Of a stretch of 64,000 nt of DNA, positions 10,942 through 22,225 are shown piece by piece (position 1 is the stretch's first letter; each line of letters starts with the position of its first letter). Made by a program: the position numbers and the translations under genes. The stretch is taken from the NCBI GenBank assembly GCA_000091205.1, contig AP006490.2; one strand, given 5' to 3'. The notes beneath the pieces were generated by a model. That model had not been told where the DNA came from and did not search any database. It saw only the letters and a program-made list of their open reading frames with translations. The DNA is from Cyanidioschyzon merolae (taxonomy: Eukaryota).

Positions 10942-12621
10942 ATGGAGCCCTGGTACGCCTCCAGGGGGTCGTCACAGGTCTTTCACCGGCTCCTGGTGCC
11001 CTGGCGAGACGAACACGAATGGCTGGAGGTTTGCACCGACCTGGTAAACAGCCCGGCGACGGCGATCGCCTCTACGACCTGGCAACAGGTCCATGTCTGG
11101 AGAGCAAGGATGGCACTGCCACCAGCAATAGCGGTGCTCGTGGACGCAACTGGAAGCATGGAGCAGCTGCTCCAGACGTGTGCTGCTGTCGCAGTCGAAC
11201 CGGGTCCACCGCAGTGCTCTCGGTCGCAAGCGCTCCAGACACAGCGCCTCGCAGCAGCACTGGCCTTGTCGCGGGCAGTGAGTGTGCTTACCGACCGCGT
11301 ACAACAGCGACACAAGTATGCCCAGTCCGTGGGCAACCTTGCAAAGACGCTGGGAATCCCGGCATTGTTGGTGGAGGTTCGACACGCAACCGTTCACCAA
11401 ACGTTGCCGTCGGTGGCCGCTCTTGTCGAAGCGTACTCTGCCTGGACAGACTTTGTCCGAACACGTTATATTGAAACACGAAAGCGATCGATCGCTTCTT
11501 TCGAGAGCAACCTCCGAGCGCTGGCTCGGATGTGGTACTCGACGAGACCCGTACCGCACCACGGCGAGCAGGGTCCAATGCAGCAAGTCGCAGCGCCTCT
11601 GCTGCAGGCACCCGGTACCGCGGATACCGACTCGACAGCTGCTGCCTTTGCAGAAGCGCTCTTGCATCCCTCTGCATACGTAGAGGTGCGCTGGTTCGCG
11701 GCACTAGTCGCTCAGCACATGCTAGAGTACGCGCGTGAGACCAGTGCATCGGACAACGCGTTACCTTCTCGCGAGCGCCTCGAAGCATGGTTCCGGTATC
11801 TCTGTCCCTTGCATGAAACCTGGCCGCACTTTCTGCCGAGTCTCGTTTGTGCACTGGTAATGGCGCTGAGGACAACCGCCGTGGAAACGGAAACTGCCAC
11901 AACAGACGCAACCGGGATTTCAGGGGCAACACATTCGCCAGCAACTCCACACGCAACAGTGGTGAGCGCTTCCGTGTGGAGACCAAGCGCTGCGGTGCTC
12001 CTCGTGGGACTTTTGGAGACACTGCGAGCGCGTCTTTCACAGGCGACCTCGCTGGAACCCTGGGTCATCGATCACGACTGCCACTGGCTCGAGTGGCTTC
12101 TCCATACCCAATTTGCACAAGAAAACGATGTATTACGCCTGTACTGCGAGAGGTGGATCCAACAGAGCCGGGTCGGGAAACGTAGACAAGCACCGCGGGA
12201 ACGAACAAGTCGCACCCTGAAGAAAACGCCCGCCCTGTGGCATCAGACGAAGCGCTGGCGTTGGCGTTGGTGCTGGTGGTGGCAACACAGCCTTCGATAT
12301 CGAGCGGCTGTGAGCTGGAAAACGGGCCCTTCGCCGCGTTGGGAGCCCCAGTTCGGGCCCTTGTATGGTGCCTGGCGTCGCTGTGTGAGTTGGCCAACGT
12401 GCCCGCTGGGTACGCTTCCCGTCGGTTACGACGCTGCAGCGGTTCAGCGTGGAACCTCGCTGGGGATGTGCTCCGCGGATCCCGCTACCAACACCGTGTT
12501 CACTGCGAAGGAGAACGAGCTCGCCCAGCGTCTTGTCCAGCGGACGCTCTACCTGCTCGATGAATACGACCAAGTCGAGCACCAAGCAGGAATGAGCGCT
12601 TGCGCGGATGCGTCCACGTAG
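10942..12621 (+). CDS. LAS1: LAS1-like pre-rRNA (ITS2) processing endoribonuclease of the HEPN nuclease family.
   Basis: ATG at 10942. The N-terminus LLVPWRDEHEWLEVC...WQQVHVWRARMALPPAIAVLVDATG matches the Las1 N-terminal block (VxPWrxxxEwxxV...vWrxRxxLPxaVxxTaxL). NLAKTLGIPALLVEVRHATVHQTLPSVAALVEAYSAWTDF matches the Las1 HEPN motif (LAxxxnIPxWlVDlRHexTHxxLPSL). The C-terminal half is low-complexity. Confidence 0.75.
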   Translation: MEPWYASRGSSQVFHRLLVPWRDEHEWLEVCTDLVNSPATAIASTTWQQVHVWRARMALPPAIAVLVDATGSMEQLLQTCAAVAVEPGPPQCSRSQALQTQRLAAALALSRAVSVLTDRVQQRHKYAQSVGNLAKTLGIPALLVEVRHATVHQTLPSVAALVEAYSAWTDFVRTRYIETRKRSIASFESNLRALARMWYSTRPVPHHGEQGPMQQVAAPLLQAPGTADTDSTAAAFAEALLHPSAYVEVRWFAALVAQHMLEYARETSASDNALPSRERLEAWFRYLCPLHETWPHFLPSLVCALVMALRTTAVETETATTDATGISGATHSPATPHATVVSASVWRPSAAVLLVGLLETLRARLSQATSLEPWVIDHDCHWLEWLLHTQFAQENDVLRLYCERWIQQSRVGKRRQAPRERTSRTLKKTPALWHQTKRWRWRWCWWWQHSLRYRAAVSWKTGPSPRWEPQFGPLYGAWRRCVSWPTCPLGTLPVGYDAAAVQRGTSLGMCSADPATNTVFTAKENELAQRLVQRTLYLLDEYDQVEHQAGMSACADAST

Positions 12622-13049
12622 ACCAGCGCCAAGCGCCCAACACGTGTGCCACGAACAGCTTCTTGGCACCACACAGACTTTGGCACCTACTCGGAGATGC
12701 TAGGGGCGCGCCTCTGACCCTGTACAGTGGCGTTTTCGACGAAATGCAACACGTTCCCTTGGCGATGATGGACTTCTTCTCAGCGAGCGCACCGATAATG
12801 ATGCTGGCGTTCTCTCTGCTCCACAGGACGACGCTGGGCGGCGGGCGATACGCTGCAGGTCTCGCTGCATCCCGGAACGCACCCTCTATGCCTCGATCAC
12901 ACTGCGTACCTGTCTCTATACATACCGATCATGCAGCATTCCGTGCTTCAAATGCCTTTGCACGCCCCAGTGACTCGCAGAGGCGTTCTCGATATCACAG
13001 CGTATCACTGCTCCCGAGCCTCCAGCTGCATCTCGATGCGTCCACCGCT

Positions 13050-16000
13050 TTAAAAAATATCGGGGCATTGCGACCAGTCGTAGCGCTGCCTCGCTGACCA
13101 GTAGCGCCCGTTGAAGCTCCACTCGATATCTCCGGACTGGGGGTCGCGCTCCGGCTCAAACCAGAGGGGTTTCCAGGGTTTGCCGGCTTGTTCCCGCGCT
13201 TTCCGGGCGGCGCGTTGTTTTTCCTCGAGTCTCAGTTTCTCTGCGGTTGCTTTGGAGTAGTCCGCGTTCTCCAGGAACCGCTGATCCGGTCGAAACCGAG
13301 AGTCCGTAGGCGGCAACACCACTCGAAGTTCCTCGGTCAACTCGTTCAGTGCAATGGCGAACTGCGTCATATGAAAGGGTCCAGAGGCACCCGGCGGTGG
13401 CTCCACCGGTCTTGTCCAAACGGTTTCCGCACGAAGCACCCGCGGTTGATCCCCGAGCGGCTCCTGCAGAAACTCCACCCGGAGCGCCGACAACCAGGAA
13501 CCCGCGAGCCGCAGAGGACACTCGCGTCCGTCTGCGTCGAAAACTCGACCAGACACCGAACCGTATGTGTCGCGTGATCCCCAAAAGGCTCCAGTCTTGG
13601 TGAGTTTCACCACACACCGGTAACCGTTACGATGGTTCACAAGCACCATTTCCCCGTAATTATCGATCCACATCTTCCCCACGAGAATGTTATGGACACA
13701 AGTAGTCGCTTTCCGATATGTGATGTGATCGTCAAACTCCGGAATATGTACATGGCACTTGCCATACGGGAACACCTCAATACTCTTACCCCAGAACTTG
13801 TTGCGCACCTCACAGGTAGTGTGGTAGACCCAGCGCTTGTCACGACCGACGGCATACGAGGCACTTACCGGCGGATGATGGCTCACTTGTTCACAGAGGA
13901 CGCGAATGGAGGAGGGTTCCGGCGTCACGAATTCGAAGGTCTCCCCCAGGAGCGGGTTAAAGGGTTTTCCGGTGCGACCCAAAGTAGAAGCGTAGTGCGA
14001 CACCGCAAACGCTGCCACCAGGAGCAGACGCAGTGCAGGGTCCACGGTTGCCGCAGCGCGATCCAGGAGCGCTGCACCCTCGACATCCTCGACTAATCGT
14101 TGTAAGAAGGAAATGGGCTCATTAAACACCACAGGTATGGAGATACGGGAGAGATCCTTTCCGACAGCGTCTTTGAGAATGCTCCATAACGAAGGTTTCG
14201 GTGGCGTCTCGCTATCTGAAATAGGAAGGCGCCGACGCGGCTCACGAGGTATCGTCACGAAGGTTTCGTTTTGGGGCACTACTACAGCGGACGCACAGCT
14301 GCTCGAGGTCTCGGTAACAGCCGATGACGTCGACGACTGGAGCTGGTTATCGGCGCTCGCTGGCGGCTGCGTCAACAGGTTTGCTTCGCACAAGTTCGGC
14401 GAACGACGACGGGCCTCCGTGCTCGCCCGTCGGAGACGTTCCAGCACACGCCAAGTGCGCTCGGCTAGTGACTCACTCGATGTCGGTACCCAAGAGGGGC
14501 GTATCGCCGACGAGCCTGGTGTGAGGCTCGTCGCCGATATGCCGGCTTCGACTCCGGTCGCTTCTGTGGCGGTTGCTGTGGACGGGCTCGACCATGGCGT
14601 CGACACGACACTACCAGAGCCAGCATCGAAGAACTCATCGGTATCGCCTGTGCCATCATCCGTATCCGCGACAGAAGCGACGTGTTGACTAGGTGAACGT
14701 GACCGGTCGTTGGTTTCCCATTCAGGAGACGCTTGCGAGAACCATTCGATGCGTTCTAGTTCCCGTAGAAGAGCATCTAGTTGGCGTTGGAGTGCTGCGC
14801 CCTCGGCTTCTGCTCTAAGAGCTCGCGCCCTCTCCGCCACAAGGCGATGTCGCCAGAGAGCCCCGTCTGACTGCAGCACATGAATACACCATGTGAGCAG
14901 CTCAAGAAGCGCGCTCAGCACAGCAACCACATCGTGCGTACCACCGGCTGACTCCGTGGACGGCTCTTCATTCCAGAGGCCTTTCACGAGAACGTGCAAC
15001 AAGTCCGGAGGCGATAACTGGGTTACCGCCTCCCGTACATGCCCTTGAAATCGCACCAGCTCGGCAAGCAGCTCCTCACGAGCCTGACGAGCTTGCAGCG
15101 TTGCCTCGTCTTCCTCACCGAACTCTCGTTCCAGGCGTGCATCCTCGTCTTCTTCATCGTCATCCTCGTCGGTGGCTGTGCGATCGGCTTCAAGTTCCCC
15201 GCGACTACCCGGAGCACTTTCCCGTGAAGCTGCGACAACGACACCGGGAGTTGGACTTCGCTTGCTGGGTTGCCCGTTAGCACCCGGCTCGGACCTGCTG
15301 CTGTGGTGCGCATGTTCACTCGGTGGATGATCTCCGGCCGAGGGGTTCGCGTCTCCGGGGGTATCTCCAACTGCCTTCAGTCGTCGTGCGGCCGCTCTTC
15401 TCGCCAGGCGTTCAAAGTAGCTCTTCGAACGCAGTAATGCATCGAGCCACTGTTGACACAGGTCATTCGATTCGGCCCGCAGATGGTAGATCTGAGTCCC
15501 CGTGTCAATGATCAAACGCGATAACTCCGTATCGTGGCGAGTGATCACTGCCAGCTGCAAATTAATTCGCCCTTTGCACGCTCGTTCAACCTCTGGTGAT
15601 TCAGGAGCATTCCATGAACCGAAAAGTCGACGCGGTGACAGCAGCGATGCCACACCCGGAGCGTTCGGGTTCCCGGAAGCTGCCGCGTTCGACGTAGCGC
15701 TAAGAGCGTGGGCCTCGTCTGCGGCTCCTGCGTGAGCCGTGCGTTCGACGTAGTAGCTGAGCACACCGTTCTCGAGGACGAAGAGTCGACGTTGCCATCC
15801 CTTGAGGTAGTTGGTCCACTTGTAGAGGTGACCTTCCATTCGCGGAACACCACGAAACGGCAGGCGATCGGTTTTCGTGGACTTTAGCCTTCTGCTCGCC
15901 GGCTTGTACTCGTCTTTATCCGCTGCTGGAAGCAGTGACTGGGGCACAGCGTGTTCGGTTACAAGTGTCGTTTCCGTTGGTTCAATGGATGCTTCCTGGG

Positions 16001-16328
16001 CAGTGCTGGGTTGCACTGCAGTCCCTGGATCCGTTTCGCTCGCAACTTCAGCCCCAGGCACGCTGCACGTTTCTCTTTTTGCCTTTTCGTCATCCATTTT
16101 TGGACTTTTTCTACTAGCGCCACATTCAGCGTCTGGTGCACCGCCACTAGTCACAAAGAGACCCTTGTTGTCGTCGACGGCGTTGGACGCGGGCGCCGGC
16201 ACCAGCGTCGACTGCGCTGCTCGGTGCACTGGAGTCAGCTGCGCTAGGTTTTCCTTCGTCAACGTTCTTTCGCGAGCATTCGCATCTAGAGCGTGTTGTT
16301 CCTGTCCTAGAAAAGGGTCCCGTTCCAT
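13050..16328 (-). CDS. Oxysterol-binding protein-related protein (OSBP/ORP) with a PH domain and a C-terminal ligand-binding domain.
   Basis: The track ORF starts at TTG (16385), and the first ATG is at 16328..16326 (MERDPF...). PH-like segment: [34 protein letters not shown] fingerprint: [24 protein letters not shown] long Ser/Ala/Asp/Glu-rich linker lies between the two domains. Confidence 0.85.
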   Translation of the reverse strand: MERDPFLGQEQHALDANARERTLTKENLAQLTPVHRAAQSTLVPAPASNAVDDNKGLFVTSGGAPDAECGASRKSPKMDDEKAKRETCSVPGAEVASETDPGTAVQPSTAQEASIEPTETTLVTEHAVPQSLLPAADKDEYKPASRRLKSTKTDRLPFRGVPRMEGHLYKWTNYLKGWQRRLFVLENGVLSYYVERTAHAGAADEAHALSATSNAAASGNPNAPGVASLLSPRRLFGSWNAPESPEVERACKGRINLQLAVITRHDTELSRLIIDTGTQIYHLRAESNDLCQQWLDALLRSKSYFERLARRAAARRLKAVGDTPGDANPSAGDHPPSEHAHHSSRSEPGANGQPSKRSPTPGVVVAASRESAPGSRGELEADRTATDEDDDEEDEDARLEREFGEEDEATLQARQAREELLAELVRFQGHVREAVTQLSPPDLLHVLVKGLWNEEPSTESAGGTHDVVAVLSALLELLTWCIHVLQSDGALWRHRLVAERARALRAEAEGAALQRQLDALLRELERIEWFSQASPEWETNDRSRSPSQHVASVADTDDGTGDTDEFFDAGSGSVVSTPWSSPSTATATEATGVEAGISATSLTPGSSAIRPSWVPTSSESLAERTWRVLERLRRASTEARRRSPNLCEANLLTQPPASADNQLQSSTSSAVTETSSSCASAVVVPQNETFVTIPREPRRRLPISDSETPPKPSLWSILKDAVGKDLSRISIPVVFNEPISFLQRLVEDVEGAALLDRAAATVDPALRLLLVAAFAVSHYASTLGRTGKPFNPLLGETFEFVTPEPSSIRVLCEQVSHHPPVSASYAVGRDKRWVYHTTCEVRNKFWGKSIEVFPYGKCHVHIPEFDDHITYRKATTCVHNILVGKMWIDNYGEMVLVNHRNGYRCVVKLTKTGAFWGSRDTYGSVSGRVFDADGRECPLRLAGSWLSALRVEFLQEPLGDQPRVLRAETVWTRPVEPPPGASGPFHMTQFAIALNELTEELRVVLPPTDSRFRPDQRFLENADYSKATAEKLRLEEKQRAARKAREQAGKPWKPLWFEPERDPQSGDIEWSFNGRYWSARQRYDWSQCPDIF

Positions 16329-18339
16329 AGTGCCCAGCCGGGGTCCACGCTGCGACCCAGGTCCAGCTGCGTCGCTCCCGTCCAAGGGCGTTGTGCGTCG
16401 AAACGGCGGCGTTTCTAGGGACAGGCCCGCTGGCGCTTTCCCGTACGCTCGCTAGAGGCTTGCTTCTGGGGTGTGTTCCGCCCGCAGCTGGGTATCATGA
16501 AATGCTTTTTCGCCGTTTATAGCAGATGTGTTCAAAGTTCGTTCATTTGGAGAAAAAATATGAGAGAAAGGTATGATGATGATTGTGGGGGGATTCTTAT
16601 GGACCGTCATCGCCATGTACCTGGAAAAAAATCGGAAAAATCCTCTTCTCGCCGAGCATCGAGCGAAGAAGAGCAAGTGACGAGGTCGCAGACCGGACAC
16701 AGGCGAGAAAAGGTGTTTTTCCCGACTGGACAACGTCGAGAGTGTCGTGATACAGCGGGCATGAGTTCGAGAGATCCTCGCTAAGATGCGCTCAACCAGA
16801 GGCAGAGCACGCCTACGTTTTTTATGGCGAGCAGGCTTACATCCCACAAGCTTCAAGTTTTCCATCTTTTTCTTTCAAGGCAAAGCGCCGCGGTGTAGCA
16901 ATTGGTGCGGCTGGATCGACGCGGAAACGTTTGCCGCATTGACCCTAGACGACATGCATTCAAGCTTTGGGACCAAGTTCACTGAACCTGTCGTGCCAGC
17001 GTATCGATTATGTTCGAAAGCCAAGCAGTCCCGGCTTTCTGGGTATCGGTGAAAAGATATTCCATACCGGCATGCTTCCGCTCGTATGCTATGCTTCCAG
17101 AGGCTCCCGCTTCCTCTGCCCTCTCAGGAATGGACCTCAGGCTCGGACTGCGGTCATCAGAGCGAGCGCTTCCAGTGGAAAGCGTTTCATCGCTTTGCAC
17201 GAAGGGCGCATAGACGGATCGATACTGCCAGAGTCCGTCTTGAAGCTGGAGTCTAATTCCAGTCCACTTTTCGTCATGGATAAGATCGCATTCCAGAAAT
17301 TCTCCAATGAATGGAACAGCACGCGCTTGCGTGTGTTGTGGAGGGAGCACTCGCCAAGGAGATCGTCAAAAAAGAAGCCCGCGTTTGCAGGGCATCCGGC
17401 ACACGACACGAAGCAGGGCATCGGGCGGAGCCCTGTGTGTACTCGTCAAAAGAACGTACCGAGCGGTGAAGAAATCGTTCGCGCGCCCCCGGGCGCTGCG
17501 CCGAAGAGAGCGTACGCTGGACGGACGGCAACATCTTACCACGATCAAGAGGCAATGCTCGAAAGGGCGCACGAAACCCTTATTCAATGAAGATGAAGAT
17601 GGCAAGCGAAGCATAGATCGCACCCACCGGCTCTGCGTCAGATACGTGGGCAGCAACTAGAAGCCGCGGAATCGATAGGTAAACGCTGCCATCGACACGC
17701 TTGGACTGCGAAAAACGGAGCCGAAGCGTGAGCCCGGCGTCAGTAAATCCCGGAGATAAGAGATAGAGAGGAATAGCGAGCTGTCGCCTTGAAAGTACGC
17801 AGAGGCTAGTTCCAACGACAACGGAACCCGACCCGAACTTTATCGCACACGCACGAGGAGTCTATGTGAATGCGGTCCGTTTCATTCCAACAAGAGCGTC
17901 CTTGTCGCTGCGTTGCAACAGGCAAAGCGCATTGATACCGTCGACGCAGTGCGGTGCAATTTCTCTCAGGTATCACGAGCTAAATCCTTAAACAAAGCGC
18001 ATATCTCGTCGTCCGGGTTCTGAATCTCAAGTACCCATATCCGAAGATTGAAGATCAAAGCATGATTCGAGCTTGGTCAGCTTAAAGCGGCTGCGAGACA
18101 CCAGCATGCTACGCGGTCGGAAGCGCGCTACCAAAGCTCCCAGCACGCTCTGCGCACTACTGAAACACCCTCCGTGCCTTGCTCGCATTTCTGGCGGAGC
18201 AGGCGCCTGTCCAAACCAAGTTTCTCGGTGTGTCACATGCTGCTGCTGCTGCTGCTCACAGCGTTGTAGACGTGCTCGAACACAGGACGCAGCAGACGAA
18301 CCTCGCATGCCGTGGGCACAAGACGACATGCATAGTATG

Positions 18340-18410
18340 CTTGACGTACATGTTGTATATAATAGTACAGATATATATTACTTATTATATTAAATGAATT
18401 TAATGCACAT
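18340..18410 (+). promoter_or_regulatory. AT-rich, TATA-like island about 160 bp upstream of the XPB start codon. It is a candidate core promoter.
   Basis: tatataatagtacagatatatattacttattatattaaatgaatttaatg sits in otherwise GC-rich DNA. Position and composition are the only evidence. Confidence 0.2.
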
Positions 18411-18568
18411 AAAGGACACCACGCAGGCAGCAGCTGCCCCTGCGGCTATCGCGGCTACCGAACGCACCACTTCAGACCGTGCTTGGGGCTTGTACTCAGG
18501 AAATTGCCCTGAGTACCCGCCAACGATCCGTCGCTTGTCCGGGGCCAGGACCAGACTGAACGGTGCTC

Positions 18569-21472
18569 ATGGACGTTGGTGTGGAATCGGCTGCGGTACG
18601 TCGCTCGGTGCGAACAAGGAAACGCTCGCTCCGAGCTGAGGAGGCCGCACTCGACGAGGAGCTCCTCCTGGAGCACTTGGACGACGATATTGAAGACATT
18701 TTACGCTACGGTCACGATGAAGATGAAACCGAAAACGATCTAGACTATGAGGCCGAATTCGTTACCGATGAAGCCGACGGCAAGGCCGTGCAACGTCGAA
18801 GCCGTGGGAAAAGACGCCCCAGCGACGCCGACACCGACCGCTCGGCTGTTCGAGACGCTGCAGCTGAGCGACGAGCGGCAGTCCTGCAGGCTGAGAGCGA
18901 TGCCGCGAAAACCTGCTTTCGAGTTCCCACGGACTTGGCGGAGATCGCAGCACTCGAGCAGGCGCAGCTGGCAACCGGCCTTGGCGTTGACTACGCTCGT
19001 GCCTTGCACCTGAAACCGGACCATGTTCAGCGCCCCATTTGGGTGCTACCGAACGGACGAATCTTCCTGGAGGCCTTCTCACCACTCTACAGACAGGCGA
19101 GTGACTTTCTCGTTGCCGTTGCGGAGCCATATTCCAGGCCAGAGTGGATTCACGAATACCTCCTGACGCCGTACTCATTGTACGCGGCGGTGTCGGTTGG
19201 CCTCGAAACCGAGGCCATCCAAACCGTTCTAGAGCGCCTGAGCAAGACTGAACTACCGCTTTCCGTTGTCAAACTGATTGACAAGTGCACGCGCACATAC
19301 GGCAAAGCGAAACTCGTGCTTCACCACAATCGCTACTATGTACAGTCACCGTATCCCGAGGTACTGCGCTTCCTGCTCCAGGATGAGCAAATTGCTAGGG
19401 CACGCGTTCAGCCGGCAGAGGGTGCGGAAGAGTTTGGTCGGATACGTTCAGAGGCGCTTGCTGCTCAAGCCGACGTGCTTCCATGGCAGAACAAACCGCA
19501 GCATAAGGAGCACGAAGCGGAGAAAACAATGGCTCGCGAGCAGCTCATTGAACAACTCGAGCGGCAGCTCGAGGATGACACCGCCAACACCAACTCCAAC
19601 ACCAGCATGAGCACCACCAGCACCGACGATGAAGCGGATCTGCGGTTACCGCAACGACCAACCGGGACCACTGGCAAGCACGCCACTAGCGGAGGACGAG
19701 CCGGGCCCAAGTTTTTATTATCATCATCATCATCGCAGGCACCGCCACGAGACGATGAGGAAAGAGCGTTGGCAGCGGCTCGTGAGCTGGGCCTCGACGC
19801 AACCATGTTTGCGGAACAGACGCGCTTTCGAGACCTGCTCTCCTTCGAAGTTCATCCCATGGAGGTAGATCAAGTGAAACGACGCTGTCTGGAGCTGGAC
19901 TACCCGTTGCTAGAAGAGTACGACTTTCGGAACGATACCGTGAACCCATCCATTGTGATCGATCTGAAACCGCAGACTCGTATCCGCCCGTATCAGGAAA
20001 AGTCACTGGCGAAGATGTTCGGGAACGGACGTGCGCGCTCAGGTGTCATTGTGCTGCCCTGTGGAGCCGGCAAGACGCTCGTTGGAGTAACCGCCTGCTG
20101 CACAATCAAGAAGACGTGTCTGATTCTGTGTACCTCGGCGGTATCGGTGGAGCAGTGGCGACACCAGCTGCTTCTCTGGAGTACCATCGATGAACAACGC
20201 ATCACCCGTTTTACAGCAGAGCAGCGACCAAATGTGCTTGGTGATATTACCATCACCACATACACCATGGTAGCGTTCGGCGGTCGTCGCTCGTCCGAGT
20301 CCGAGCGGCTTCTACAGCAAATCCGTGAACGCGAGTGGGGCCTCATGATCCTCGATGAAGTGCATGTAGTACCGGCGAACATGTTTCGCAAAGTGCTCGG
20401 TATCGTGAAAGCGCATTCGAAACTGGGTCTCACCGCGACGCTGGTACGAGAGGATCTCCTCATTACCGATATCAACTTTCTGATCGGGCCGAAGCTCTAC
20501 GAGGCCAACTGGTTGGATCTGCAACGTCAGGGCTACCTGGCAACTGTGCAGTGCGCGGAGGTCTGGTGTCCGATGACGGCAGAGTTCTACCGCGAGTACC
20601 TGCAACGAGGTTCAGCCAAACGTCGTCTTCTGTACGCCATGAACCCTACCAAGTACCGTACGTGTGAGTTTTTGATGAAGTTCCACGAAGCGCGAGGCGA
20701 CAAAGTCATCATCTTCTCAGACAATATATTCGCGCTGCGATACTACGCGACGCTCCTGCGTCGACCTTTCATCTACGGACCGACTTCACAGACGGAACGA
20801 ATGCGCATTTTGACGCAGTTCCAGCGGAATCCTGTCTGCAACACCATCATGTTAAGCAAAGTTGGCGACACTTCGATTGACTTGCCGGAAGCGAACGTCA
20901 TCATTCAGATCAGTGGACAGTACGGCTCACGTCGCCAGGAGGCACAGCGACTGGGTCGTATTCTGCGTCCCAAGCCGCGACCCGATCAGAACTTTAACGC
21001 ATTCTACTACTCATTGGTGAGTACCGACACCAGCGAGGTGTACTTTGCCGCCAAACGACAGCAGTTCCTAATCGATCAGGGCTATGCCTTCAAGGTCATT
21101 GCGCATATTCCCGAAATGGAGACCAGTCCGAGCACCGGCATGCCCGACAAGGAGAGCGAATTGAATGCATTGGCGGCAGTTTTGGCTGCAGAGGATGCCG
21201 AAGGTGCCGATACCTCCCTGGCCGATGAGCTGCAACGTCGTCGGCTAGCGCAACTGGCCAACGCCCCGGTACCGAAAGCTCGTCGCGTTGTTCACACCAG
21301 CACCCAGAGCTTGACGGGTGCCGGCAACCTGCTCTACGGAGAGTTTACGCACGACGATGCGGTGCCAGCGGCAAGCGTGCCGCCCATGCTTGAACGGCGC
21401 GTTGTTCAGCATCCTCTATTTCGAAGACGTCGTCGACAACAGGCAGCTGCAACGAAACGTGCAAACGACTGA
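18569..21472 (+). CDS. ERCC3: TFIIH core helicase XPB/ERCC3 (SSL2/RAD25).
   Basis: Track ORF 18563 starts at GTG, and the first ATG is at 18569. Helicase motif I region: VLPCGAGKTLVGVTACCTIKKTCLILCTSAVSVEQWRHQLLLWSTI. DEVH box: MILDEVH. C-terminal XPB signature: ...QHPLFRRRRR. An acidic N-terminus and a Ser/Thr-rich low-complexity insert (TANTNSNTSMSTTSTDD...) bring the length to about 967 aa. Confidence 0.9.
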   Translation: MDVGVESAAVRRSVRTRKRSLRAEEAALDEELLLEHLDDDIEDILRYGHDEDETENDLDYEAEFVTDEADGKAVQRRSRGKRRPSDADTDRSAVRDAAAERRAAVLQAESDAAKTCFRVPTDLAEIAALEQAQLATGLGVDYARALHLKPDHVQRPIWVLPNGRIFLEAFSPLYRQASDFLVAVAEPYSRPEWIHEYLLTPYSLYAAVSVGLETEAIQTVLERLSKTELPLSVVKLIDKCTRTYGKAKLVLHHNRYYVQSPYPEVLRFLLQDEQIARARVQPAEGAEEFGRIRSEALAAQADVLPWQNKPQHKEHEAEKTMAREQLIEQLERQLEDDTANTNSNTSMSTTSTDDEADLRLPQRPTGTTGKHATSGGRAGPKFLLSSSSSQAPPRDDEERALAAARELGLDATMFAEQTRFRDLLSFEVHPMEVDQVKRRCLELDYPLLEEYDFRNDTVNPSIVIDLKPQTRIRPYQEKSLAKMFGNGRARSGVIVLPCGAGKTLVGVTACCTIKKTCLILCTSAVSVEQWRHQLLLWSTIDEQRITRFTAEQRPNVLGDITITTYTMVAFGGRRSSESERLLQQIREREWGLMILDEVHVVPANMFRKVLGIVKAHSKLGLTATLVREDLLITDINFLIGPKLYEANWLDLQRQGYLATVQCAEVWCPMTAEFYREYLQRGSAKRRLLYAMNPTKYRTCEFLMKFHEARGDKVIIFSDNIFALRYYATLLRRPFIYGPTSQTERMRILTQFQRNPVCNTIMLSKVGDTSIDLPEANVIIQISGQYGSRRQEAQRLGRILRPKPRPDQNFNAFYYSLVSTDTSEVYFAAKRQQFLIDQGYAFKVIAHIPEMETSPSTGMPDKESELNALAAVLAAEDAEGADTSLADELQRRRLAQLANAPVPKARRVVHTSTQSLTGAGNLLYGEFTHDDAVPAASVPPMLERRVVQHPLFRRRRRQQAAATKRAND

Positions 21473-21910
21473 GGCACCGCAACCTGCGTTTGCACCGGTC
21501 GTCTGCACCTAGTCAGCAAGCTCTCCTGAATTGCACGGCTTGTCGGGCGCGACTCGGGCCTCTCACATGTTCGCTCTGCGATAGGAGACGCAGGCGCGCG
21601 GACATAAGCACTGGTGCATGTAAAAACCTCCGGCGATACACAATGCGCTTCTACCCCAGTATGGATGCTACGCGCTGCACCATGAGAGTGCTTCGTTTGG
21701 GATGCTCCTTCGCTGTGAGCAATCACTTGCCTGGTCGGTGCCACCGCTGCCATTGTATACGGATGCAGGGAGCAGTCGCTGGCGATGAACGCAGGTAAAA
21801 GAGCCCGCAAAACATCGCCGTTTATCGGATTCCTCAGCAGGTAAAACATTGTCGCCGAGCAGACGCCACGTCGAAGCGAGCAGGACATTTGCCCTGGTCG
21901 ACGTGATCGG

Positions 21911-22187
21911 CTGAGGTCTGCAGCATCCGCCGTGCTATGCACACACACACACACAAACACACAACGAATGTACAACACGAACGGCAGCGCTGATGCGAAT
22001 GTGCAGTATCCGCCGTGCTATGCACACACACACACACACACACACGAACAGACAACGAATGTACAGCACGAACGGCAGCGCTGATGCGCATGTGCAGTAT
22101 CCGCCGTGCTATGCACACACACACACACACAAACACACACGAACAGACAACGAATGTACAACACGAACGGCAGCGCTGATGCGCATG
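21911..22187. repeat. Three tandem copies of a 91-93 bp unit, each containing a (CA)n microsatellite.
   Basis: The unit cag[c/t]atccgccgtgctatgcacacacacacaca...acgaatgtaca[a/g]cacgaacggcagcgctgatgcg[a/c]atgtg starts at 21911, 22004 and 22095. It lies in the 750-bp 3' intergenic region between the convergent XPB and SMC5 genes. Confidence 0.85.
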
Positions 22188-22225
22188 ACTTGACGTCTCC
22201 TGCAGAGCCGGTCGAAGCGACACCA

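Noticed and set aside
10972-12040. Long minus-strand ORFs (10972..11667, 231 aa; 11288..12040, 250 aa) antisense to LAS1
   Set aside because: LAS1 on the plus strand has clear family motifs. The antisense ORFs are Arg/Ala/Pro-rich with composition typical of out-of-frame GC-rich DNA and no recognisable domain. The same applies to many 60-200 aa ORFs antisense to OSBP, XPB, SMC5, the 31120 gene, PUS1 and RAD21.
16452-17590. ORFs 16452..16865(-) and 16967..17590(+) in the OSBP-XPB divergent intergenic region
   Set aside because: They show no domain or motif, a biased composition, and overlapping alternative-frame ORFs of similar length. I treat them as promoter-region noise.
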